Shown: positions 1-14,440 of the stretch, piece by piece
How positions within the stretch are numbered: position 1 is the first letter of the stretch
How the letters are laid out: each line of letters opens with the position of its first letter
Assembly (NCBI RefSeq): GCF_009914755.1
Contig: NC_060930.1
Origin: the human T2T-CHM13v2.0 reference genome, Homo sapiens
Length of the DNA: 64,000 bases
Direction: 5' to 3' (one strand)
Position numbers and translations under genes: made by a program
The notes under the pieces: model-generated
Database searches by the model: none
What the model was told of the DNA's origin: nothing
The model's input: only the letters and a program-made list of their open reading frames with translations

Positions 1-1272
1 GACCAGAGCAAAACCTGGCCCCGAGCGGAGGCTTCGGACTGAAAGCTCTGCCCTTAAAACCTCGCGGAGCCAAAGGGGCGAAGAGGAGTAAGTTTGAAAC
101 CCCAAAGCACCCCTCCACACACAGTACTGGAGAAGCCAAATAGGGGGCTGATATTCTACCAACAACGTCGCCTCTTCTTACAGCCCCCTCCATCCTGGCA
201 TCCTACCCCTTGTTCCTGGGCAGGGAGTCTGGTACTCAGGGTTGCCAGATTGTACAAGGCGCACGGGAGGAAGCTTCGAGCGCTCACACCAAGAAATCAG
301 AAAAATGCTACTGGAGAGATTCTGATTATAACGTCTGACCTCAGTATAGGCCCTGCACCGTTTTGGCCTCTTGAAGCCCAAAGGTTACTCCTGTAACGCT
401 GGGGGAGCGTTGAACAACAAAGGACCGGGGTGGGGCGCAAGGGAACAGAGGAGCTGCTTCTCTGGAACTAACCGCCCGCCATAGTAGAATCGGAGGGCAT
501 GTTCCCAATGTAAATCTCTCTTCCCCGTTGGCTCTGACGTCTGCAAATTTGGCCTTCCCTCTCCACTAGGCGTGATAGCCTCCAAACTTGCCTTTCGAAT
601 GACAAGAACTTGTAGGGCGCTCCCCTTTCTGCACATCTCCCCACACACAGGCTGCCTCCAGCAGAAGCCGGCGAAAGCAAGAGAGAAGACAAGAGGGAGA
701 CAATGAAGACAAATAGGAATCGCCGCCTCTGCACATTCCCCAACCACACAGCCCACTCGAAGTCCAGCTGGGCAGCTCGCACAAAGAGCCTACACAGTAC
801 ACAAGATTTTCCCCCTTCAAATCCTCACAACCAGAGTGTCTGACAAACCCCTAGTGAGTGAGCGCGTCCCAGGGATGAAACACCCGACCTTCTCAACGTT
901 GCGCCCAATCAGGCTTGCAGCCACATTGCCCTGGTATCACTGAGCCCCGAATTTGTCGACAGCTGGCGTCTGCACCCAAGCTAACCCTTCACTCGCCTCC
1001 CCACCCAACACACAAAGAGCAGGGAGCCCAGTCCAACCAGGCTTGCAGACCGCGCGTGGACTGGTGGCAGCCTCAAAGACCGAGCCCGAGAACAGAGAAG
1101 TCCCTCAGGCCGCCAAGCGGGCACCCAGTAGGGCTGCGCCCTTGGCCTGCTCCGCTGCCTGAAACGGCCAGGGAAGCCCCCGGACAACGACACCCCGTCC
1201 AGAAAGGGAAAAGGAAAACTGCTACTTTGCACGCCAGCCCAAGCTGGCTGGTGTTTGTATTTCGGCCCAGAT

Positions 1273-1409
<137 letters not shown>

Positions 1410-2297
1410 TGGCGGAGTTGTTGACTGAGGAGCATGTAACACTGAATGTTGATTTGTTGTTGTTGTTTAAAAGAGAGAACTCTTGTTGATTTGGCTCCGA
1501 GCTGCCAATGCATCTATCAACCCCGGAGTTGAGCAGTCACCCTCCGGGGATCCAAAGACAGTCACGGGCTTCCCTTTCCTGCGGCTGGAGGCCGCAGACT
1601 GGGTGGAAGAGGCATCTGTCCCCAAGGGCGTGCACATTGCCCTCTCCAGCCAAGAGCAGCGTGCTGGGGACCCTCGTGGGCATCTTCTCTTGCTGAGGCA
1701 TTCTTGTTCACATACTTAGATTTAACGTATCTGAAAATAGTTGCTGCAAAGGAGTGTAGGTAACACAAACCACCACCTGCAAACTTCCTTTCTAGCTCAA
1801 CAAAAAGGATCCTTAGGCAAAACTTCCAGAGTAGGATGAGAGGAACAGGAAGGAGAGGACTCCCGGGTTGGGGACTACACAGACTCCTCCAGAAACTAAT
1901 TCAAGTACACTCATTCCCCGGGGACACGAGTGTAATTCAAATGTGTACAAAGAGGCAATCCGGGGACCTCCCAGCATGACGTTGGCATTTTGGTCCCCTG
2001 GGGCCTTTACGCTAGACTCCTAGTGTGATAAACGGTAAAGAACGGGTAACCCTCTTCCATCCTTCCCCTTTCAATGGTGCATCCAGTTCCTAATACCCTT
2101 TGGAATCCGTTGGTGATATTTATTGACTGGGGAAGAGCCAGTTGGATTTATTCCGTTTGGTAGCTCCCTGTGGCTTTTAGTCCTCAGGCGATATCACGGG
2201 CTCTGCCTCCTTCGCGCTTCCTCTGTTCAGCTCCCACCTCTTCACCCTCTGAGTCCTGGGCTCCCGGCGGTTCCGAGCCCTCAGATTTCTTGTCCGA

Positions 2298-2316
2298 CAG
2301 CGCTATCTAGTGGTCA
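2298..2316 (-). promoter_or_regulatory. Candidate CTCF motif
   Basis: Minus strand TGACCACTAGATAGCGCTG versus core CCASYAGRKGGCRS (one mismatch). Confidence 0.5.
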
Positions 2317-4091
2317 GCGCTAACCCGGCGTCAGAGGTTAAAGTTAACAGAGAACGTAGAGCTGGGAAGTTGTTGACAAGTTTACAAGTCTTGGGGTGAG
2401 TTTTTAAAAAAAAGTCTCATTCATGTATTTGATTCTCAGGGCTGAGAGGCGGCAGGGTGGGAGAACGAGTGAGGAGAAGGGCATCAACTTTCTTCATGCC
2501 GTTTAATTAGCTGCTTACAGAAATTCCTGCCCCAAGGCTTCTAGGCTCTCCTCAAGTTTCTTCAAAGAAAGGGTGAGTTTACAAGGGAAGAGATATTGAT
2601 TTCAGGAAGAAGTTAATATTACAGAGTGCCCTTAACTTCTGTAATCTTAACTTCTTCAAAGGCAATGGGGGCCTCTTCACTGATTTGTTTGAGGTCAATT
2701 TAGCCGGCATTCCTGGCAACAGGTGAGACAGTTTCTAGAACACTTCCGTTGCAGGTTCTGGCTGATTTGTGCAGAAGGAAGGGGAAACCTCGTCTGAACG
2801 TGCAGCATTTGCCTATCTCTTAAGGCTGGCCCCAGTGTGAACTGTGAGGGTCTTGAGTGAAGAAAGCTCTCACAAGCCCCTTGGAATAAAAGGGTGAGGA
2901 GAGGAGGTAGTGCACCACCTGCTCTGATTCTCAGAAGCGGAGAGACAGCCTGACCAGCAAGAGTCAAAAACTGTGTGTCTGAATCCTCTTCTTTCCATCC
3001 CTGTGTGCAACTCAAGTCAACATACATTTAATGAGCACCGTCTATTTACAGTGCCAAGCTCAGAGTAGCTGATATGAAGATAAGTAAGACAAGGCCTTGC
3101 CCTCAAAATTCTGTCAAGTAACAGCTGGGACACCTGAAGCAACTTCATGTGTGTGGCCTATTTAAATCTCCCAAGGTCGTGCACTCAGCATGTTGTAACA
3201 TTAAAAATGAGACGCCTTAGACAACCACCCTCTCTGCACTAGCAAAGCTTAGGAATCCTGAGACCAAACCACCCTGAAAGGAAGGAAGGGGACGTGCTGC
3301 ATTCTTGCCTCTTTGACAAGTTCTGCTTCTTTACAAAGGACTTTGCAAGTACTTCACCCAGACCATCTCACCTGTACCGAAATAACCTCCCCTACTAGCG
3401 AATGAGCAACTTTGGAGCAGAAAGCAGAAACTGCATCATATTTCTCTTACTATGCAAACTGGTAGCTCAAACCTCATATGACCTCAAAAAACTATAATTG
3501 CTTCAACCTAAAAAAGCTGATTGTAAAAAAAAAAAAAAGCTGTGGTTGCACACACGTGTTCAAAAAACACGGTATCCACATAAAATAACGTCTCAGGATA
3601 AATCATTCAGATTTAATAAAAGTCAAGTACTACTGGGAGTTGATTTTCCAGTTAGCTCTGACCTCCTTGAGCAAAAAGTAGAAGATAAAAGGAAATGAAT
3701 TAACTTAAGAGCTAAGAAAACAAACCGCTGCCACTTCTTCCTTTGTTTCCATAAAATTCAGTACTTTTAAATCACACCACCACAGGCATCTTGCAATCTA
3801 TTTGCTTTGGAACCATCAAAGTAGCATAAGGTGGAGAATTTCTAGTCAGGCCACTGTTCTGTGTGTCAGCAGTCATATATGTATACTTAAATACACTTTC
3901 AGATTGATGGAAAATGTGAAGAATCACGGGAATCTATTTTTCAAGATTTGGTCTTGGCTTTTAAACTAATTACCTAGTAGATTGAAATGCGGTAATAATG
4001 AAATCATAGTCAAAAGACGTTTCATTGCTCTCAGTAGGAGCTCCTGTGTAGGGTGACATGTAACCTGACCAGGTCTCCATTTGATAACTCG

Positions 4092-4392
4092 TTTTTGTTT
4101 TGTTTTGTTTTGTTTTTCTGACACAGAGTCTGGCTCTGTTGCTCAGCCTGGAGTGCAGTGGCGTGATCTTGTCTCACTGCAACCTCTGCCTCCCAGGTTC
4201 AAGCGATGCTCATGCCTCATCCTCCTGAGCATCTGGGATTACAGGTGCATGCCATCATGCCTGGCTAATTTTTTTATTTTTAGTAGGGAGGGGGTTTCAC
4301 CATGTTTGGTCTCAAACTCCTGACCTCAAGTGATCCTACTGCCTCGGCCTCCAAAGTGCTGGGATTACAAGCGTGAGCCACTGCACCCAGCC
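4092..4392 (-). mobile_element. Alu (AluS-like)
   Basis: Full dimer in reverse; TSD tgataactc(g/a)tttt. Confidence 0.95.
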
Positions 4393-4510
4393 TGATAACT
4401 CATTTATATATATTTACTAATTCATTCAGCTACATGTATAGAATACTGACATCGGTATATTTAAAGCAGACAAGAACCCAGATTTTGAAATGCTCCTAAA
4501 TCTAATGTGA

Positions 4511-4529
4511 TTGCGCCCTCTGGTGGAGA
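4511..4529 (-). promoter_or_regulatory. Strong CTCF motif
   Basis: Minus strand TCTCCACCAGAGGGCGCAA matches the core consensus fully; the CpG is retained in AT-rich surroundings. Confidence 0.75.
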
Positions 4530-5017
4530 AGAGCAAAAGGATGTTATCTGATTAGACTCACTGAATCATTTTTATCCAGAATACTCGTTCTGCAAATGCT
4601 GTTACTCTAGTCATAATGTTAACTAGGAATTGTAGGAGTTTTTTTTGTAAAGGCAAACCAAAAGAAGTCCTGCCCATAAGAAACTTAAATATAGTAATAA
4701 GACCAGAAATAAACATACGTGGAAGCCAAATATGACTCAAGAGAAGTTTGGAGACAGAGTGTAATTGAAAGCTGAAAGATCAATGTGAAAAATGATTTGA
4801 GGAAAAATAGATGTATATAGGAACAAGATAAATGACATCACAGGAAGCAATCAATTCAACCCAGAACGTGCAAAATTCCAAGGGATAATCTACAAGATTT
4901 ATCCTGAACCAGTTCCTCCACAAATCAATGACAAGAAAAAGGAAGAGAAAAAAAATAGATTGTTATGAAAAAAATAGGAGCTATAACAACCAAATAATAA
5001 TAATCGTTATCAATAAG

Positions 5018-5506
5018 TATGAAGGATCTGAGATTTTATCCTACTTCCAAGCTAACAAGTTAACCTGTTGTAGTTTCATGGGTGCTGACCGAACACACAA
5101 GGAATCAAAAACAAAGGACTGTATTGCTCACAATAATAGCAGCCAGTAGCCAGGGTCATCATTCACACCAGTTTCTCAAGCCCCAGTTCCAACAGGGCGA
5201 TACAAGAAGAGACAGGTGACCCTTGCACATGCAGTGGGTTGCATTATAGGAATGGAATCTGAGCTTGGGATCTTTTATGAGGGCAATAAGGCTGCCTGGC
5301 TTTTGCCCTGGAGAGACACGTTGTTTTTGTTACACTGGACAGTAAACAAACTTGCCCTTCACTCTGGAGACAGAAATGATCACTGTCTTCCAAAGCTGTT
5401 AGTATGCAAACACCCTTGAAGAGATCATCTACAGTACTGGCAGTCAGAGCCTCTGCCAACAGACATGCAGAAACGTGAGAGACTTGTGGAGAAATATCTC
5501 CCAACA
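5018..5506 (-). mobile_element. Solo LTR (LTR40-like, ERVL)
   Basis: Minus strand begins TGTTGGGAGA; 5-bp TSD ATAAG at 5013-5017 and 5507-5511. Family name from recalled consensus. Confidence 0.75.
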
Positions 5507-7527
5507 ATAAGAATTGTTAAAAGTCTGTGGGAGGGAGAAAGCACTATATGTTGAAGTGGTCCCTGAGGAATTTCTAGAGAAGGAAGACTTTAAAGGACTA
5601 GGAGTGAGCATTCTAAGCACAAAGTTCAAAATGAGAACTTGAAAAAATAGCAAAGAGCAGGAAATGTGTTGGGCAATAAATAAAGTAGAGTGGTTTTAGC
5701 AGAATGTTTTTGAATAAAACTGGAATAGTAATGGGGCTTAAAAGTGGCTGAGAGCCTGGACTTTATTCCTCTAAATATAGAAATAACTACACTTTACAGA
5801 GTACCCACTGTATTTCAGATACTACATAAGGCATTTTGTATTTGTCAGTCCATGAAATTTAATTTTTATCTCTGTACTACAGATAAAGAATTTCATGAGG
5901 CAAGTCCAATCTGGCAACAGGGCTCAGGGTAACTTGCTGGGAAGACAACCTGCAAGCAAGGAGACTGGGGTAGGGGGTACCAGAATCCAAGGAAGAGACA
6001 CTGAGAGTCTCTGTATGGTGCTCACAGCAGCAGCATGCAAAGAGAAAGATGGCTGGCTTTAGGAAGTAAAAACGAGACAATATCTTAAGATGATGGAGCA
6101 AAGCCAGGTGACTGAATGAATGATGATGGTGCCAAGGGGAAAATTAGAGAAGTGAGGCAGGTGAGCCAGTTGTAAGGGGACATGACAAAATGGCTTTAGA
6201 CGTGCCTTATATATGATCAAAATCCTTGGATTTTTTTCCTAGTAAAGTTTATTGGACACTCTCTGCTATATTAATACAATTTGAATAGTGTCTCAGGTTC
6301 AAATACAGATTTTTTTAGAGTGATATACTCTTTTTTTTTTCAGGAAATTGCAAACCACGAAAAACTACTAAAAAGACATATTTGCACTCTATGCAACAGG
6401 CAGAGTTATTCAAAGGGAAAACAATGGCATTGTTATTTCTTGGCTCTCCAGCAAGCTTGTTCATGGGTGGCTGAATGCATAACACTGCATGTGATACAAA
6501 AAGCATCTGGGAAATGCTTAAACAATTATCTCCAGCCTCCCTCTATCTGCTTCTCAAGTGTTAGACTCATCAAGACTGTGGGACATAAAGTCCTCACTCA
6601 TTGTTTAAACTGAGAAAATTATTTCAAACTCTCACACAAGGTCTACTTTAAAAAAAAAAAGTAGTTTGTAGTTTTACTTATTGAATAGCTTATTTTCTTA
6701 TATTTTTGTTTCTTTCTTGATAGTAATAGCTTTAAAATGAAACCACTAATTGCCCCCAAAATACAAGTTCCTGATCTCTGATGTTAGGAACACATAAGGC
6801 CATGTTCACATCAAGAAAGTAGAGTTAGAAAGCCAAGTATTGAGGATTGAGTTTGTTTTAACTAACACACTTTTTTGAAATGAAGTCTTGTGCCTTTATG
6901 ATTTTTATTACTACTGATGAAAATGAAGTTGAAGTGATTCATCTTGTACTTTCTAGCGGTGGCTAATACTCATTCAGATTTTTACCCTGGAACTAAAGTG
7001 AGGGTCTCAACAGACAAATAATGGGTTTTTCCCCATATGGCTGTTGTGTGGGCCCTGCAGTGCCTCAGTAATACTCCTTCCACTTTTGGTTCACCCACAT
7101 GTGAGGCCACCATGTGGCTTGGGGTGGTGCTGACAGGTCTCAAGCCAGACTGCACGAACAAAAATCACTAGGCTAGACTGAGAACATCTGAACTAATGTC
7201 TAAGGGCCAGCCTCAGACAATTAAATCTAACTCTCAGGGTGGGGCCTGGGCATCTGTATATTTTTTAAGTTGGCTGGGTAATCCTGATGCTCAGTGAGGG
7301 TTGACACACATTAGTCTAAGCCTTGTCACCCAGAAGAGCCAGAGGAGTCATCTATTAATAGAACTGGCAGATAAGAAGGACTAATCAATCACTTGTAGGA
7401 CATACAGGTCCCCAGATCAATGGTTCAAGTGAGTGTTTATGGGTTTAGCCTGGCCAATAGTAGTTAGGAAAATTATTCTGAGGAAACTTGTAAACTGAGA
7501 GGAAAAGTTGACAGGCCAGGGTCATAA

Positions 7528-7942
<415 letters not shown>

Positions 7943-9631
7943 TAAATCAGACAGAAACATGGATACAGTTTCATTTCCCAAAGGACACTCAAGATGCTAT
8001 TTATTTCCTTTTCTTACTAACCTTGATGCTAAAATATATATCCAAAGATGAGAACATTTTGCTTTATTTCTTCTCAGGAAATACAGGTAATATTTTCTCA
8101 CTGTATTTATACTCAACAGATTAGTTGCATACTTATAAAGAAAGCAATGAAATTGTGATACACCTGATCTGATGATTATAGAAATTATCACAGTGACGGA
8201 ACTTAAAAGGATCTTAGACTTCCTGCAACCCACTCCCTTGTTTCACATTTGCAAAACCTGAATAGTGACAGGAGTACAATCCAGATGCCAGCTGCCTGGC
8301 TCATCTTCCTTCCATTATTCCAGACACCCTATTCCTGGGCATGTCATGAATTTTGTAAAAACATGTTAGAACTCACTGCCTCCCTGTCTCAAGACTGAGG
8401 TTAGAATAGAGCCGTGGAAGGCTGCCACCAATCCAACATATCTGCATCTGCAGTCTTTCAAAGTTAAAGCGAAACAAAACTTGCCACAATACGTGATGAC
8501 ATATGCCACTACATGTGCCTGGCCCACCCAGCACTCCCAGTACAGCTGACAGAGCTGCTAAGAAGATCAGATGCCTCAACATCATTAGCTCCTGCTTCAG
8601 AGGGAGGAAGAGGGGGAGGTTGCAACCGTGCCTATTACTTAGCAGCATCAGACCTGTGTCCACAGGTCAGTGAGTGCAGGTGAAAGGGCAGACCCGGCAC
8701 AGTGGACTTGTGTCCTGTGACAGGCAATGTCTGCTCACTTCCCAAGCCCACCTTTGCATCTAAGAGAGCATTCCCTCAGTCACTTTTAATTGCCCCTCTC
8801 CTAAGAGTGCCCACCACTGGCACTCTTCTTCATCAGAGGTTTCTGCTACTAGTAACAGAAAACAGAAATAACAGGGACTAAAATTCTCATGAGAATCAAA
8901 AGGTAGGCAGTCCAAAGCTGATCCAGTTTTCTGAAGTCCTCAGACACCCAGGTTCCTTCTATCCTATTATTCCACACATGAGGCCTCATTTCAAGGTACC
9001 ACATGGTCCAAAATGGCTGCACCCACTTCAGAGATGATGTATGAATTTCAGCACCAGAAGAAGCAAAGGACAAAAAAAGGCAGGGGGAGAGTTTCAAATG
9101 GTGGTCTTTGCTGTCTTTTGAGGAAGGTTCTCACAAGCTGCTCTTTGACAATTGCAATTATATCTCTTTGGCCAGAACTTAGTCACATGGACCCATCTAA
9201 CTGCTAGGGAGACGTCTGGAAATTTCTGGCCACCCATGTGCCCATCTAAAAATCTAAGGTTCTGTTACTATGCAAGAAGGGAAAAAGAATAATGACTCTA
9301 CTACTAATAGATAGAAATCCAATGGTAAACATCTGTATTCTCCTACACAAAGCGAAAGTTTCAAAGTGCTGGGGCAGGGGACAGATAAAATGATACTATT
9401 TCAGAGTGATTGATGAAAAGATATTCTGACAGATTAAATGTAAATTATGCAATATAATGAGAGGAATGTCACTTTATTCATTTTAAATGCATACCAGAAT
9501 TCAAAATGATGCTAACAAACATTGTGTAGTAGAGGCACCAATGTAAAGAATTACTCCTGATATGTATATAGAATACTAGCTCAGCTTACATTGCTGATAC
9601 ATTAATAAATCCCTATAAAGCACTTAGAAAC

Positions 9632-10040
9632 TGTCTAGTCAGTTCAGGCTGCTATAACAAAAATACTATAGACTGGTGGCATCCAAGATCATGGTGCTGG
9701 CAGGTTCAGGTGAGGGGACTCTTCCTTATTTGCAGATGGCTGTCTTCTTATATCCTCACATGGCAGAGACAGAGAGAGAGAAAGGAAGCAAGCTCTCTCA
9801 TATCTTTTATTTTTTCATCTTTTTATTTTTTAGAGATAGGATCTCGCTATGTTGCCCAGGCTGAAGTGCGGTGGCTGTTCAGAGTCACAATCATAGTGCA
9901 CAACAGCCATCATGTCTCTTAAATGCACTAATCCCATTCATGAGGGCTCTACCCTCATAACCTAATTATCTCCTAAAGACCCATCTCCAAATATCATCAC
10001 ATTGGGGATTTCAACATATGAATTTGGGAGATGGGGGACA
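9632..10040 (-). mobile_element. MaLR LTR (MLT1A/MST-like) interrupted by an Alu monomer fragment at about 9805-9910
   Basis: tgtctagtcagttcaggctgctataac ... caaacattcagcacatggca termini. Confidence 0.75.
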
Positions 10041-11949
10041 CAAACATTCAGCACATGGCAGGAACATGTTCCCTTTAAGAAAGTAAATCTTTTGTGTTTA
10101 TACTACCAGTTTGTTTGATTGGGACTTTTTTTCACGGATCCCTTTTTTCAGCAGATAGTGATTGGTCACCTTTTGTGGACTGATGTGCTGGGCACTTGGT
10201 AGCTAAAAAGCAAGCTAAGCCACATCGTATTCAAGGTGTCGAATACTCCTGCTGTCTGACATCAGTTTTAATAAGACTTTCATTGGAATTTGGACTCGTT
10301 CCACTTAGTCTGAAGAACCAGCTGCCAAGCACAAGGGAATCTCCTTTGCGCTATGGTCTTCAGAAATTCTTTAACTCCTGGTCCTCACACTTAGCATAAT
10401 TTGGGGATTGCCTTTACTTAAAAGAAAAACCATCCTGTGAGCTGGATGGCCTATGAAAAGAGAAGGTCCCCAGAGGACAATGGGGCCATGGAATCATCAT
10501 TGATGACATCATTGCATAGACGTGTGTTTTCCCTAGCGAGTCATTTACTCCATTAAAAAATTCATAACAAACTTCACTTCCTCTTTCCTATCATACAGGG
10601 CGTTGAAAGGATTACATGGTATCTTTTTTATAAACAAGCACTATGCTGGAAAGCAAAGAAGGCAAAACAAATACAGCTATAAATAGAAAGAGAATAGAGG
10701 CTTCCAGGAAAATGTAGGCGTCTTATAAATGACTATGACTGAACTGCTGTCATGAAAAGATGCTTGTGCTTATCTTGTAGACAACAAATAAATCACAGGA
10801 CTCCCATATCATCTCAAAAATTAAGAAGGCTCCTTCTAGAACTTCAAGTTCATTGAAATGTATTGTAAATATTCTTTGACATATCACAGAATCTGAAACT
10901 GAAGGACACACCCTAGTCACATCTAAAGCTTCACAGTTTTTTTCTCTGGGTCTGAGATGGATGGCCATAGAAAGGAATTTATGAAGGTACCACAGATTAC
11001 CTACTCCAAAGTGTGTAGGATGGTTTAAGGCGGCAGAAAAGAGATTAGAATCTGAGAGAAGAATGCCATTGATGTGTTAGGTACAGAGTAAGAGTCAGAA
11101 GAGGGTTAAACAGAAGAGAATTAAAGGGAGGGAAAGCATTTTTTAATTGACCAAATAAAAGAAGACACTCATGAAATATATATATTGCACTTGAGTACTA
11201 CTCAAGGCAATGCCCACAATAGTCTTTTAATGCAGATGGAACTAATGTTATTTCTTAAGCATTCCAGATTTTTTTAATCTGATGTTTCAAGTGGAGGTTA
11301 CATGATTTTCTTAAAGCCACATAACTAGAAAGTGGCACAGCTAGCTCTCAAACCCAAATCTACTGCCACAGCTGGCAGCAGAGCAAGGCAGTCTTCTGGT
11401 TCCAGTGTCCTCCCAGACTGGTTATTCGCCATTTACTGTATTCCTCCCTCACCATGTCACTCTGCTTTTCCCATCTTTGGCTCTCACTCAGGGACCCCTC
11501 CAGCCCGCTGCACCTGAACTCAGATTCCCATACTCTGAATGGCTCTTTCCACACAACTTTTAGCAAGGCCATTGAGAAATGGTCCTGATAAACTCTGATG
11601 AAGTAATCCTACCAGAGCAGCTTGGTAGGGACTTTGAATTCTAACAAGTATTTCGAGAAAACATTACCTGAGAAAAGAAAGACACTGTAATGAAGGAATT
11701 TGAAGTATCACTAACTAAAAAACAGAGGAGTTGCTTGGAAAGGAATAAATCCTATTCAACATCTTTCTACTCTGGCAACCAGAAAAAGCTAGGCCTTAGC
11801 ACGTCTGTCCATTTATTTTTATATATTTAAAAAATAATTATATCTGACAAATAGAAAACCAAAAATCAAATATGATTATATTTATATTCATTTTAAAAAT
11901 ACTTATGAACTGGAAACTACAGATACTGTGTACAGATCTGTAAATTACA

Positions 11950-12865
11950 ATCACTTTGGAAAAGTGTAGCATCTTACTATAAAGTTAAACACATACTATA
12001 TAACCCAGAAATTCCAATCTTATATACTTACCCTAGATAAATGAAAATATATGCATATATAAAGACCTATATGTGGAGTCAGGTGTGGTGGCTCATGCCT
12101 ATAATCCCAGCACTTTGGGAGGCCAAGGCATGAAGATCACTTGAGGCCAGGAGTTAGAGACTCCTGGGCAATGCAGCAAAACCCTGTCTTAAAAAAAAAA
12201 AAAAAATAGATGGCCTGGTGGTATGAGCCTGTAATCCAAGCTATTCAGGAGGCTGAGATCAAGGATCACTTGAGCCCAGGAGTTAGAGACTGCAGTGAGC
12301 TATGATCATGTCACTGCACTCCATCCTGGGGGATAGAACAAGATCCTGTCTCAAAAAAAAATAATAGATAATAAAGAACTGTATGTGAATGTTTATAGCA
12401 GCATTATCCATAATAGCCACAAACTAAAAACAACTCTAATGTCCACCAAATGGATGAACACATTGAGACCATGCAAACGATGGGTACTACCTAGACATGA
12501 ACAGGAATATGAAAAGGAATAAACTACTGATATGTGCAACGTGGATGGATTTCAAACACATTATGCCATGTAAAAAAGTCAGACACAAAGGAATGCATGC
12601 TACAGATGATTTCATTTATGACAGCATAGTACTGGCAAAACTATAAAGAAAGAAATCAGAGCAGTGATTTTTAGGGGCTGGAGATGGGGTAGGAGATTGA
12701 CTGCAAAGGAGCAAATGCAACTGTTGGCACTGATGAAAATGTTCCATATGATAAATGTGGCGTAGTTACAGGACTATATACATTTGCCAAGTCATTGAGT
12801 TGTACAATTTAAAAGGGCTAATTTTATTGTATATGAATTGTCCCTCAAAAATGTAACTTTAAAAG
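11950..12865 (+). mobile_element. Old L1M 3' fragment with an inserted AluJ (about 12077-12370)
   Basis: L1 3'-end motifs (cccagaaattcc, aactaaaaacaactctaatgtcc); Alu TSD ataaaga(c/a)ct(a/g)tatgtg. Confidence 0.8.
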
Positions 12866-14160
12866 TGTATTAAGGAAAAAATGTTAGAGATTTTTTGAAT
12901 CTCAGTCCTGAGAAAAAATGTTTAAAAAAGAAAAAGAAGAATTTATTGCATATTTGCTGTAAAACAGACACTCTAGGAATACAAACATGAGAGACATAAT
13001 TCATGACTTTAAGGAGTTTATAATCCAGGGGAGAAGAGACAGAAGCAAACAAAGCCACAATCTTGAGTAATAAATGCATGTAGAGGTATACCCAGCAGGC
13101 TGTGGGCACACAGTGGGGTATCTAAGTCAGATTTCTGAAACTGACAGACTCCCGAAATGAAGGTGCTTCAGCTGAGCCATGGTTCTGTAGGAGTCAGTCA
13201 GCCAGATAAGAGAAGGACATCCTTAGCTAAGGAAGTACAAATTACAACAACAGAGATAAAGATAGAATTCACGGATCAGCTCTAGTTTTGAAAATTGCCA
13301 AAATGAATAATGTAATGAATTTAAATGAGAAAATATACACAACATGACAGAAATTACATTCTATGGCAGTGAGACATATTAAAATGTGAGCTTTTCTTTC
13401 CATAGAAGTGACTGATGAGCTTGAGAATCCTGAAAACCAAGTTTATAAATGAACAGGACTATTACTTATTAAGAATAAGCATTTCTTGCTTTAGCATGAT
13501 GACCAAGGATCTTCAGTGACTCAAGGATGAACAGACTTCACTGATCTGTTCCATTTCTAATATCTACTACTTTGCTACTTCATGTCCTGTTTACTTCAAT
13601 TTGTTGATTACATGGCTTAACTCAAACTTTCTTCTTTCTGTTGTTTTCAATGTTTAAAAAAAAAGAAGCACACAAAAGCCTAAAAACTTGGTTGTCTGCC
13701 ATGTTGTATGTATCATCCTGGCACATACGGAAATCATTGAGCAGGATATGTTACTTCCTGGTACAAAAGTCCATTCCCAAAGAGGCAACAAAAACAGTAG
13801 AATCTGATTATCTAGCTAAAGCATATACAGAGTCTGAGAAGGCAGATTCTTTTAAGTTATCCCACAATACTTCTGCTTCAATTCTATTGGGCAGAATTTA
13901 GTTACATGGTTATACCTAGCTGCAAGGGAGGATGGAAAATGCAGTCTTTATTCCAAGCCATCCTATACCCAGCTGTTAGAAAAGGAAAGAATGGGTATGT
14001 AGGATAAACAAGAGTCCCTGAATTAAAGATGAGAGGTCTCTTATTTCTCAGAATACTGAGGTATGGAGATAATGCATTTTCTAGTAAAACATGAACCTAC
14101 GATTTAATTGTCAAAATTTCCCCCTGATTTGAAGCTGTTTCTTTTTTTCTTTCTAAAAAT

Positions 14161-14440
14161 TAATTATTGTTTATTTAGAGACAGGATCTCACTCTGTTGC
14201 CCAGGCTGGAGTGCAGTGGCAGCCTTATAACTCACTGCAGCCTCAAACTCCTCAGCTCACAGGATCTTCCCACCTCAGCCTGAAGAGTAGCTGGGGCTAC
14301 AGGCATAAGCCACCATACCTAGTTATTTTTTTTTTTTAAACAAGGTCTTGCTATGTCGCCCAAGCTGGTCTTGAACTTCTGGCCTCAAGCAATCCTCCCA
14401 CCTCGGCCTCCCAAATTGCTGAGATTACAAGTATGTGCCC
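14161..14440 (-). mobile_element. AluJ-like
   Basis: Diverged Alu dimer in reverse. Confidence 0.9.

Noticed and set aside
94-820. Overlapping 67-123 aa ORFs on both strands
   Set aside because: Expected in stop-poor GC-rich sequence; no recognisable domain and no collagen signal peptide or Gly-X-Y.
10051-10072. p53-like element (GAACATGTTC half-site; another half-site GGGCATGTTC near 495)
   Set aside because: Only one good half-site at each position; the partner half-site is poor.
13412-13435. CTGATGA...GAAA, resembling a hammerhead ribozyme core (similar strings near 30496 and 63662)
   Set aside because: No stem II pairing between the two core segments and no stem I/III partners found.
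13496-13544. ATGATGA...CTGA, resembling C/D-box snoRNA boxes
   Set aside because: About 50 nt is too short, there is no terminal stem, and it is intergenic in probable LTR-derived DNA.
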